A model generated the notes under the pieces. The model did not search any database. It saw only the letters and a program-made list of their open reading frames with translations, and was not told the origin of the DNA. From the NCBI RefSeq assembly GCF_018350175.1, contig NC_058373.1, positions 104,224,001 through 104,288,000 of the forward strand: a stretch of DNA of 64,000 nucleotides. Reading direction: 5' to 3'. This DNA is from Felis catus (taxonomy: Eukaryota). Positions 40,101 to 51,775 of the stretch are shown here, in pieces (position 1 is the first letter of the stretch; every line of letters begins with the position of its first letter). The translations under genes were made by a program, and so were the position numbers.

Positions 40101-40628
40101 TACATTGTGTTTATTGAAGTGTTCAAAGAATATTTGTTGCATCTTCAACCTGCTATTCTCTAGCCTAGTGCATGAGTCATAATAAAAATGAGCTGTGTGT
40201 ACATTTTAGAAAAATAACTGACATTTAACTTAATTTGTTTCTGATCTATCTTCAAAATATTTATCAGACTTTAATACTTTCTTTTTTGAAGATTTTCATC
40301 TAAGAAATGTATCCCATAAGAAAAGACTCATTTGCTTGAATATACCTTCCAATTACTTCTAAATGCTTGGTAAAATTTTCTTCCCCAAAACAACAATGCA
40401 TAAGAAATAATGAGCTAAAAATAAACCAAAAAAAAGAAAACAGCTGTGAAATTATTGAAGTGAATGTGTAACAATATGTAATATGTGCATTGGAGAAAGA
40501 GCATGATAATTGTGAGAGCTTTTGTGAGTTGCAGTTATCTTGAACTACTTCATAAAAACTAAGTTGACAGTAGACAAGACAGCAAATGATAACATGTCGA
40601 TCTAACATTTAAACATTTAAGAAGTAAT

Positions 40629-40784
40629 GGGGCGCCTGGTTTGGCTCAGGTCATGATCTCATGGTTCCTGGGTTCAAGCCCTGTGTCAGGCTTTGTGCTG
40701 ACAGCTCAGAGCCTGGAGCCTGCTTCAGATTCTGTGTCTCTGTCTCTCTCTCAAAAATAAATAAACAATAAAATTTAAAAAATT
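40629..40784 (+). mobile_element. Can-SINE with internal deletions
   Basis: Shortened head and body; TSD ttaagaagta. Confidence 0.88.
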
Positions 40785-41414
40785 TTAAGAAGTATTGTAT
40801 GTACTGGTAAGATGGGAAATTAATAATTAAAAGTTCAGAAATAATTTTAGCCTTTCACCTATCTAAAATGAACAATTGAAATCACTTATATTTTAGAAGT
40901 AGGAAAAGTATAGTATTTAACGGATTAAAATACCATATTTTACTTGGTCTCTTAATAAGTGTTGAGTGTAATTCAGTATTCTGCAGTCTCTTATGGATTG
41001 ACTAATTTTTGAAGACATTTTTCTTAGATTCACCAATAGGACAGGTTGTGAATCTTCTACATTTCAGCCTAAAAAATATATCTATCACAATTAGCAAAGA
41101 TCATTAGCACATGCTGTAGGCTATTGAGAACCTCTTAGCCAGATATTTTATTACTTACATTTCTACAACATATACTTTAAAATCCAGAAAGAATTGATAA
41201 AAATTACTTAAAAGTTATGAATTGCTATATTTAAGTTTATATTTTAAATGAACTTTATTTAACATTCCTAAAAAACTTATCTTTGTCCATTTTTAAAAAA
41301 AAAAATTTTTAATCTGAAAAAAAGCAAATGCCTCTAACGCTGATTTTACTAAGGAAGTAACCAAGGAAAAGTGGTTAGTAATGTGTATAGCTTAGTTAAT
41401 ACTGGCAAGAGGAC

Positions 41415-41570
41415 TTTTTTTTTTTTTTAAGTTTATTTATTTATTTTGAGAGAGAGGGAGAGAATCCCAAGCAGGTTTAACAGAGCCTGATGCAGGACTT
41501 GAACTCACAAACTGAGATCACGACCTGAGGTGAAGTTGGACACTTAACCAACTGAGCCGCCCAGGCACCC
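41415..41570 (-). mobile_element. Can-SINE (short)
   Basis: TSD gcaagaggactttt. Confidence 0.88.
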
Positions 41571-41911
41571 TGCAAGAGGACTTTTTAACTGATGTGGCTA
41601 TCAGTGGCTTCATGTCCATAATATGTATTCCCTTCATATTAAAAACACAAGTCATTTGATTTAACATTAAAGGCCTAAACACAATTGAACATAAGGTATG
41701 ACTTGGAACTAAAAACTGCTGAGTAATCTAGTTGAAACGGAGACCTTAATTTGGTCAATAAAAATTCAGTGTTAAACTTTTATTGTACTCTTATTATATG
41801 CCACTCGAGAACTAGACACAAAGACAGATAATATTTGAGTTTGAATGATACCTTATAACCCCCACAATGTATTAGCATTGTAATATGGAAGACTATTTCT
41901 ATACGTTTATT

Positions 41912-42127
41912 TATTTTTATTTTTTTTTAACGTTTATTTATTTTTGAGACAGAGACAGAGCATGAACGGGGGAGGGTCAGAGAGAGAGGGAGACACAGAA
42001 TCTGAAACAGGCTCCAGGCTCTGAGCCATCAGCACAGAGCCTGATGCGGGGCTCGAACTCACGAACCGTGAGATCATGACCTGAGCCGAAGTCGGACGCT
42101 TAACCGACTGAGCCACCCAGGCGCCCC
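41912..42127 (-). mobile_element. Young Can-SINE
   Basis: CpG-retaining; perfect TSD tctatacgtttatt. Confidence 0.93.
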
Positions 42128-43460
42128 TCTATACGTTTATTAATACAGAAATTGTTCAAAGAAGTGCTAGTAGATGTTCACCGGGCAAACAAAGAAGGGC
42201 ATCAGAAGGGCAACATCATATCTGTGCAGGTCTATCTGACAAACAGAATTCCAGAAACCTGAACATCTAACGTGGTAAGTGTATACACGTAAAGGAATAT
42301 TTTTTGCTTCCAAATGTCTGAAATTTGGAGGGAGAGAGAAATACAAATTTCTTAGCGAAACAGTTGTTGCAATATTTAACTTCCACCCTAACATACGTAA
42401 TATATGAAAGCACTTTTACGTACTAAGTATACATTACCCTATTTTGTTTCCCCTTCTCCCCTTCCTTGATAATTTTGAATCCATAGTTTGAGATTTGCCT
42501 CTGTAATATCAAGGAAATAGGATGATGTATAAATAGGATTATAAAGAAAATTATAAGTGAAGAATTTATATAACTTGATATGGTAATATATGTTATAGTC
42601 AATTAATAAGCTAAAATTTTCTCTAGTTCACCTGTAGTAGAACTGGTACCTTTGGAACACATTCTTAGCCTTGTTTCATTTGAATAAATGTACATGCACA
42701 CATATATATGTGTATAAGTAAAATAAGAAAAATACAAGTTCTCAAGCACTGGTCTCATGTATTAGTTTGCAAGCCTTTCCCCTGCTTCCCACACCAATAT
42801 TTTGAACTTCTTGAGGACAATGACATCTTCCCATCTTTGTATTCCCCATGCCACAAAAGAAGCTTAGTCTTGATTCAATGAAGTAGCAAAATGTTAAATC
42901 TATAATAAAGCAGATTGTCTTTCCACTTAAATCAATGATGTTTCAGTGATTATGGTTTTGCATGAGTATATAAAAAGTTCATTGTGCAAACAGTGGTTCG
43001 GTCCACATTCAGCATAGGTGATTTCTGCCCCATGACTGCCATCTGTAGCACTACTGCAAGAAATGCCACCATTTATGACACTTCTTCAGACACACTGTGC
43101 AGAGCTTTGGCTCAGCCTGTTGGGCCAGCAACAGCTGAGGCCTGCAGTTGTTGCCCATCATAGGACACATTCTTTGCAGTTCTGCTTCAGTGAACCTTAA
43201 AGCACTGGGCATTTCCATCTTAGAAATCCCTTCTGGAACTCATTCTACAATGGCTTTGTGAGTTCCCCACTATTCAGAGTTGATCCTGATTGTATTCAAT
43301 AGAGTATGACCTGATCTGCTATGACTCCTCTCATCCCATAAAGCCACAGCTTTCAGTGATTCCCTATACTGATGAAATAGAGTTGCTAGTATCCAAGAAT
43401 CCCAACTGATTTTCTTGAGCATATCCATTAACATATATGGAACATATCCATATAATTAAG

Positions 43461-43660
43461 TGCTGTAGAGGAAATACGTGATCTTTGAAGTCATACACAG
43501 CTGATCCAAAACCCATCTCTGCTATTTACAAGCTGGGTGGTCCTGGATAAATTACTTAACTTCTGTGATCTTCACTTTCCTCCTAGCTTCATAGGGTTAT
43601 TTTGAGTATTAAAGGATACCAAGTCTTCTGCATGGGTATTCAATCAATGCTTTTTCCCTT
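43461..43660 (+). mobile_element. MIR
   Basis: ctttgaagtcatacacagctg...ctctgctatttacaagctgggtggtcctggataaattacttaacttctgtg. Confidence 0.65.
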
Positions 43661-43779
43661 CTGTAGCAAATGTTCAGAATGGCCTTTTCATGCCACTGTT
43701 TCTGCCCATAGTTTGACAGTTATGCCTTCAGATTCTCCAAATTGTATGAGCTGTCCATTTGGGACAGCATTTGGCCTTG

Positions 43780-43896
43780 CTGTGTTTTGTTTTGTTTTGT
43801 TTTTTAAGTAACCTGTATGTCCAACATGGGGCCTGAGTTCACAACCTCGAGATGAAGAGTTGCTTGCTCGATCGACTATGCCAGCCAGGTGCCCCT
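43780..43896 (-). mobile_element. Short Can-SINE
   Basis: tRNA-like head only plus T-rich tail; TSD atttggccttg. Confidence 0.85.
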
Positions 43897-45931
43897 ATTT
43901 GGCCTTGGTTTTAAATGTTCAGCTTTATGTTATATTGCAGGAATGCCTACTCCGTTGCTTGACTCGGTGCTTGGAATTAATAAAATGGCTGTAGAATTGA
44001 GTGGGTGTAAGTTTTATAAAGCTCACTGAAGTTTAACAATTTGTCATTATTCCTGGAAGGACATTCACTCAAAATTTACATATTATAAGGTTTGAAAAAA
44101 TAGCAATCTGCCAAAAGTGAGACTGAATGAAAATAAAATCTATCCACAGGAACACTGAACAAATGCAGCAATAGCACAAACTATTGATAGAGCTTAATTC
44201 TGGAAGTCTTTTCTGTATCTCATCCAAGATATAGTCTGTGCCATTCATAACTAATAGGTACATGTGAAAGTCATTTCTTCATAAGGTGAACCACTGATTA
44301 AGCCTGAGTCTAATGTCTGGTAAGGAAACGAATACATTCAGAATATTCTGAAACACATATTTAATGTAACCTACTGTACTAGGCTATAGGAAAAAATGTA
44401 AAGATTAAGTGCTTGCTTTCCCAGAATTTATAATCTAAGATATAGAAAGGCTCTAAGTTGTTATCTTTTGGATTTTCTTGAAACTTTTTCCTATAAATAA
44501 TAGAAAAAAAATTGATTTAGTTGACAACATAATTTTTTCTTTTTAATGTCAAATTGCTTGATTTATTGAGTTAAAGCACCATTTGAGTTGTCAAATTTAG
44601 CTGGAGATCTGAAGTTACAGAATCAGGCAATTAAATCTTAGTAATGCTAAAAAGGGTTGAAAATAGTTTGTTCTTTCCCAACAGACTAGGAACATTTTGT
44701 TTTGTTTTGTTTTACTGGACCTTTTGCCCAAATTAGCTCTGTTGAATACAGCACAAGAAGCTGCGGCTGCAGAGTGCTAATAACAATGGGTATATTCCTT
44801 CATCCTCCCAAGGTCTGAGTCTCTCTGCCTGCTGTCTGAAAGAGGAAAAGTGAGGAACAAGATAACATAACACCGAGGCCTATGCGACCCTCAGGAAACT
44901 CCCGCTGAAGACCACGCCCCTACACCCATGGAGGGGAGGGGCTTCCTAAATTCCCAGTCCTGCGCTGGAGGGTTCCCTATGGTTGCCCGGTTGGTGGCGC
45001 CTGAGAGCTTCCCAGGGGCTGCTCGAACCCACAGTTCTCGTAGGTATTTCTCTTTTTGTTTCTATTTCTAGCAAATACACTGGTTTTACATTTTTAATAG
45101 TGATATAAAGTCTCCTCCTTAAATTTAAATGAAAAATGAATATATAACAGTATTAAGTGTACTGGAATTAAAATTAAATTTAAAAAATAAAAATGAATAC
45201 ACATAAAGAAAAATATTGAGTAAATAATAGTTCAGGTGGTAAGTGGTGAACAGAAAGGTGGAGACACAGATGAGTGCACAAAAATTATTTAGGAGCTCTT
45301 GGAAAACCAATGTTTGACACTTAGGGAATCTAAAATAGGAATAGCTCTTCATTATGCTACTTGAGATAGTTTTTCAGTAAAGTCCTCAGAGGGGCTGATA
45401 AGCAGTGTAGTCTGTGGAGTATATACTCTGCCTTTTGGGTTAGGCAGACACAATTCAAATACCATCTTCATGTAAGTAAACCTTGGGCCTGGGGTCCTCA
45501 TTTGTGAAATAGGAATCTTACCTCATAAGATTGGTATGTGAATTAAATGACATAACACATATAAAGAGGATAGTGCATAGGTGATCTCATTCGTTCCTTT
45601 CGACTCACCCTCATATAATGTGAGCTGTTTCTATTTTATTAATGACTTGTGAACTGGAAGTAGGTCACAATTATTTCCAGTCCTGTTTTTTTTTTTTTTT
45701 TTTTGGAATGTCCTAGCAAAATAGAGGAAAGCAATATATTGAATTCCCACATTTAGTGCAGCACAGAAAAATTAAGTTTGTGTTATTGGCGAAGTCATAT
45801 GTAGATGTTCATCTAGTGAAGCTAACCAGCCTCACTGCTTCTCCTCACACACACACAGTAAGTGAACCTACACACGTACTCATTCTTGTAACACACACAA
45901 TTTTCCTCTCTGCTTTGGTAACTAAAAGTTA

Positions 45932-46150
45932 GAGGGTGCCTGGGTGGTTCAGTCAGTTAAACGTCTGACCGGCTCAGGTTATAATCTCATGGTTCACGGG
46001 TTCCAGCCCCGCATCGGGCTCTGTGCTGACGGCTCGGAGCCTGGAGGCTGCTTCAGATTCTGCGTCTCCCTCTCTCTCTGCCCCTCCCCCTCTCATGCTC
46101 TGTCTTTCTCTCTTTCAAAAATAAACAAACATTAAAAATTTATTTAAAAA
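45932..46150 (+). mobile_element. Can-SINE
   Basis: Head, body, CT region and A tail. Confidence 0.9.
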
Positions 46151-47080
46151 GACTAAGAATTGACATGTTGACCTTATTTGACCTTTTCCAGAGCTTTTAA
46201 AATATATTTTTGGTTATTATTTTTGTATTGTATTCCTTTTACTATTTTATTTCAATGCATCTATTTTTATTCTATTATACTACCTTATCCTATTATATTG
46301 ATCTTTATTAATCAATCTTTATTGCTATTATATCCTTTATTTTAGTTTCCTCAAGTTATTTTTGGAATAAGGTTAAGAATAATTATATAATTATTTAATT
46401 ATATATTTATTTATATTTAATAATTATATCCAAAATAGTGTTATTAATCTACAACTGATAAAGTTCTAGGCAAAATTTAAAAGAAAAAGATTAGAGAGAA
46501 TTTAATATGATCCTGAAACTGATCATGTCAGACAGTCCCCTGGTGACTTCTAACTTTAAGCAGTTCATTCTTGCTAAAACACAGTGAACTTAGTTATGCC
46601 ACCAATCATGACTTTACATCAAAAGCCATTAGAATCTGTTTGACTATTTTTTAAAAATGAGACTCACTTCACTAACTCTACCAGCTTCTGTATTCACATA
46701 CATATTGTCTTTCAAATTAGTCTCCTCTAGAGATGATTCTAGTGGATCCATCATAGCTAGAAAAATAATGAGGGGACTTCTCTTTGCAAAAGCCTTCAAA
46801 GCTCATTTAGACGCCGCAGAAGAAAAAATGAACTTTATGATTGCCTCTTTAAATAACACCCACTTTATCTAGCTTAATCAACCATCTTACATTCGTAGGA
46901 TTCAATTTTTAAGAAGTCAAATATTTGGAAGAGTATGCCACATGATTTGAAGGCCAATCACAAAGAAAAAGGGATTTCCAGAAAGATTTGGTATGAGGAC
47001 AGAAATCACTGGAATAAGTGTGTAGTTAACCAAAGAGACAGTTTTGGAGCTCTGTTGCAAGTTTAGGTGTGTTTGTTTTT

Positions 47081-47306
47081 TTTTTTTGTTTTTTGTTTTT
47101 TTTTAATATTTATTTATTTTTGAGACAGAGAGAGACAGAGCATGAACGGGGGAGGGGCAGAGAGAGAGGGAGACACAGAATCGGAAACAGGCTCCAGGCT
47201 CTGAGCCATCAGCCCAGAGCCCGACGCGGGGCTCGAACTCACGGACCGCGAGATCGTGACCTGGCTGAAGTCGGATGCTTAACCGACTGCGCCACCCAGG
47301 CGCCCC
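47081..47306 (-). mobile_element. Young cat-type Can-SINE
   Basis: CpG-rich; perfect TSD taggtgtgtttgttttt. Confidence 0.95.
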
Positions 47307-48399
47307 TAGGTGTGTTTGTTTTTAAATGCATCTCGTTCATAAGCACACCCCATACAGCATAATTCTGCTTGTTTCTTCTAGGAAACCAAAATATTTTCAA
47401 TATCAGGATTTATTTGAGTTTTGTTTGTATAAAGCATAAAGATAATTTTTTTTCAATAAAAATAACAATTTGAGGCCCTTTTAGAGCAAAGATCTATTTT
47501 GACAGGAAAATTGCAGCATCAAATCTGTAGTGTGTAGGACTGGAACTGCCTAAAAAGAAGGGAAAATAAACGAGTATTCATGCATGTGTTTTCATATTCT
47601 AATTTGGATACTCTCAAGAGAAACTGAAAATTATGTTTTATAGGTCCCCCTTTCCCTTATAACAATCTTGTGATTATTTGTATTTAGTGTTAAATATTAC
47701 CTGACACTTTTACTTCTATTATTTTTAGCTGTCCACACACAAATGCAGCGAGGCTGACATAATTACCCCTTTTTAATTCACAAGAGACATGTATTTACCT
47801 ATTTGCCATGGCTTTTCATGCTAGCATGCTGTTTCTGTGACAAGACTACTTTGAACACACAGTAGGTAAAGTAATGTCGTCTGTTGCACAGCAACCTCAG
47901 TAGCTGAATGTTAATTTAACCAGTAAAGACAAAGTAATTCCAATAATAAGAATTCCTTTCTTCCGACGAAGTTAAAAATGGAACTCAAATTGTTCTTATA
48001 CAGCTCATTGGCTTAGTAATCCCTAGCAAATCAACCAAAATGCAAAGCCCACTTGCAAAGCTGCAACTGGTTACTGGAGATCCTAGTTGAAGATCTCAGT
48101 ATAGACTCAGTGTAGATATTAGTGGCATACCAGGTTATTTGACACCTGGAGTGGATTATTTTTAATACCTATCACCTCCATGTGGTTTTCAGTGATAATC
48201 ATGAAAGGAATAAGAATGATGGCCAGAAAAGGAGTGCAGATAAATGAAAATTGTCTTTTATTGAACATTCATGTATAGATATTTTGGGGGCTTTTTACTG
48301 GCATAATAATCATGCCAGTGGGGGAAAAAATAAAACGGAATACTTAGTGCAGAATAAGTAAAGAAAAAATACTAACACTTTTAAATTACACTAATGTAC

Positions 48400-48602
48400 T
48401 TGTTTAATGTTTATTTATTTATTTGAGAGGGGGTGGGGAGATGAGCAGGGGAGGGGAAGAGAGAGAGGGAGAGAGCAAGAATCCCAAGCAGGCTCTGCGC
48501 TGATGATGTGCAGACGTGGGGCTCTAACTCATGAACCATGAGATCATGACCTGAGCTGAAATCAAGTCAGACACTTAACTAACTGAGCCACCCAGGTGCC
48601 CC
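48400..48602 (-). mobile_element. Can-SINE
   Basis: Reverse SINE ending cccaggtgcccc. Confidence 0.88.
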
Positions 48603-49073
48603 TAAGTTGCATTAATGTGTTTTAAAAGGTGAATTTATACCTTCACATTGGCTTGTCACAGTAATGCATTACAGTAACTGATGTGAATTTTAATAAAATC
48701 AAAATGTCTACAAAAGGTACAGTTTAGACAACTAAATCATACCACCATGATGTAGCCTTCCATTTTCTTGAGTTACTGTTTAGTTGAAAACAAATGATTA
48801 ACAATAAAAAGAAGTGTTATTCAAATTTAGTAAAATATTTGATGTTTGAAATAAGATTGATACTTCTCAAACAAAAAGTTCACACTTCAGGTTTAGCATG
48901 CTGTCTTGTTATTGTAATAAAACTTCCCAGAATGACTGGATTGAGATGACTCAAGTTCTGTTTCTTATCTTTAAAATCACTGTGCTAAATTATTAATTTC
49001 AATAGGATTATGTAGGACCATAAAGTTTGTAGATAGAAATTGCCTGCAAAGCAGGCTTTAACAATCCATAACT

Positions 49074-49305
49074 GGGGTGTCTGGGTGACTCTGTAGGTTA
49101 AGTGTCTGACTTCAGCTCAGGTCATGATCTCACAGTTCGTGGGTTGGACCCCCACGTCAGGCTCTGTGCTGACAGCTCAGAGCCTGGAGCCTGTCTCAGA
49201 TTCTGTGTCTCCCTCTCTCTCTGACCCTCCCCTGCTTGCACTCTGTCTGTCTCTCTCTCTCAAAAATAAATAAACATTAAAAAAAATTAAAAACAAAACC
49301 CCAAA
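49074..49305 (+). mobile_element. Can-SINE
   Basis: Head, body, CT region and A tail. Confidence 0.9.
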
Positions 49306-49919
49306 ACATCCCCAACTGCTATTACTATGTAAAGGAATGGATGCAACCAAGTCCGTGTGTGTAGGCTGATGGTATAACTGGGAATTCTCCACATTAACTT
49401 CCATGCAGGATGCATTGTTTATTAAAGGATAAATTATCAAAATGTGCTAATCTGAAGTTTACATATATTTTATTTCAACTCTACAATAACTAATTATTTA
49501 GAATTTAAACACACAAGAGGTAGTTTGGGAGAGAACTGTTTTGGCACTAACATTGTTTACAATTATTGGCACATGACAATAAAAAGCAAACCCATGGTTG
49601 GTCAGTTTTACTATTGTGTTTAAGCTTCTCTACAGAAAATGTCAGGAGGGCACCACCCGGCCCTCAACGCATGACTGCATACTTTGATTTCATCTCTACC
49701 CACAAAACATGCTTTGTTTCGTGCCAGGTACACCAGCTGCAGAAAATATCCAGAGATGCTCTGCACCGATCTTTACACGTTCATCAATACTCAGTGAGGA
49801 GAACCAAGGGTTAATTAGTAAAATTAACAGTTGTTAAGTAACTGTGTGTCACTGCTTCCCAGAGCCACTATACAACATGATTAGTTCGGCATCATATCCC
49901 ACCATTGACACTATAAAGC

Positions 49920-49950
<31 letters not shown>

Positions 49951-50782
49951 CCGTTTAACTGGAGAAGCAACTCAGAACTCCTTAAGTTCTCTGAGCTCTC
50001 AGCATGTTTGTTTCATCTTTGAGCACAACCTAGTTTCCACTCTGTTCTTTCCCCAATCCTAGAATCTCAGTACTCCTGTGAAATCCCAGAAATCTAAGAT
50101 CACTTCAAAGTTTGTGTCCCCGCTAAAGTATTAGGAACCTTGTGTGTTCCACCATTCAGAGGATTCACTTTTCAAATAGGATTGCAGAGTGAGTAAAGCT
50201 TAGCACAAAGACCAAAGGTGCAACTTCTGACGTGGAGACTGTTCTGTATCCTGCGTTATAGGGCCTCCATACCACCTCTCAGATCAGATCACACCACATC
50301 AACCACTCTGCTCATCTTACTCCCATGGCCCGTCTGATACAGTGACTTAGCCCATGTCATCACCTCAAGATTGCAAATGGTGCATGAGGGCTCATGAGCT
50401 TAGGGGAGCTTCTATCCTGATGAGGACAGGTTTGCAAATCTTTTTCTAAAGTCACAAGACTTTTCTATCCCCAAACTAAAACAGACAGCGCTGGTGGCTA
50501 TGCAATCATGATTATATCATTTATTGTCAGTTTTTTCATTCAAAAAATGTAGGAACATGGCACGATGACTACATAATCTCTAAGGTTCCTATCACTTTCT
50601 ATATTTCTATTGTACAAAGAAAACAAATTTTACATAAACCAAATTTTGTCGTCTATAGGCACATAATTTTGAGGAAACAGAAGAGACAAATTGTTAATAA
50701 CAGGAAAAAGTGATAGTGGTGACAATGATCACAGGGCTCATGGTTAGGAAAGCAAATTGTAGAATTATGAAAATCTTTCCTT

Positions 50783-50905
50783 GGGGCACCTGAGTGGCTC
50801 AGTCAGTCGAGTGTCTGACTCTTGATTTCAGCTCAGGTCATGATGCCAAGGTCATGGGATGAAGCCCCGTGTCTGGCTCCACACTAAGCATGAAGCCTGC
50901 TTGAG

Positions 50906-50959
<54 letters not shown>

Positions 50960-51048
50960 CCCCCCTCTCTCTCTCTGTCTCTCTCTCTCCCTCTGTCCCT
51001 CTCCCCCACTTGTGCTCTTTCTCTAAAATAAAAAAATAAAATTAAAAA
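50783..51048 (+). mobile_element. Can-SINE with expanded (CT)n
   Basis: SINE head; long CT microsatellite at ~50910-50990. Confidence 0.9.
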
Positions 51049-51089
51049 GAAATCTCTTCTCTTATGGAAGTCCCTTGATTGGGTCTCTC

Positions 51090-51095
<6 letters not shown>

Positions 51096-51140
<45 letters not shown>
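51096..51140. repeat. (CA)n microsatellite
   Basis: Interrupted CA run. Confidence 0.9.
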
Positions 51141-51306
51141 TGATTTTGTGAACCTACAGATTTCTTCTTTAATTCAACAACATATAGAGCATGTACTATG
51201 TTCAGGCACTAAATTGAGCACTGGGGATTCAACAATGAATAAAAGAAACCCGCTGTCTTCATGGAACTTACATTAAGGAGAAACAGAAAATAGAGACATA
51301 AACAGG

Positions 51307-51775
51307 TGTTGAGAGTATAGCTAAACTACACCGTAAGATTGCTGCCTTGGCATCTATTTTGTGTGGCCAAGCTGCCTGCTGTGGTGTGGAACTCACACTT
51401 GCCCCTCCCTTGAACACACGCCCACAGTCACAAATAAATCTAAGTTCCTGACCTTTGTGATAAGCAGTCTCTCCCATCTCCCTCGGCCTTCCCCTTGTGT
51501 ACCCCTTAAATGAGATGAAAACCCTGCTTTTTTTGGTTTGAATCGGCCAATCTGGCCAGGAACACCAGGGTCTACCTGCAGACTCCATTAAGGAAACACC
51601 CTATGTCTTACCACACTCTCTCCCCCGGCACCTTGCCTTGACCATCGTCCGGGCCCCTTGAGGCGTGCCATGTACTTCCTCCGGGATCTGTGAGTAATAA
51701 GCTTCTCTGTTTTACTTTCCCTTGTGCTTTTTGTTGAACCATGGCCCACCCTCCAACACCCTAGGGCTCTTAACA
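51307..51775 (+). mobile_element. Solo ERV LTR (carnivore type) inserted in an L2
   Basis: TGTTGAGAG...CTCTTAACA inverted ends; ccccttaaat TATA-like box; gtaataagc polyA-like signal; splits L2-like flanks. Confidence 0.65.

Larger units (their letters stand above)
36525..44835 (-). pseudogene. Putative decayed multi-exon protein-coding gene (unidentified)
   Basis: Series of minus-strand AG acceptors opening near-open frames at 44835, 44316, 42317, 41068, 40414, 39948, 38908 and 36816. Phases are compatible across 42317/41068/40414/39948, with one degenerate donor. Many stops and frameshifts; SINE and MIR insertions. Confidence 0.5.

Noticed and set aside
36525..44835. Argument that all stops in the fossil exons derive from C-to-T changes
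   Set aside because: Every stop codon begins with T, so this is not independent evidence and was not used.
46780..47060. Possible mariner (MARNA-like) fragment
   Set aside because: Only a short motif (cactggaataagtgtgtag) resembles it; too weak to call without a search.
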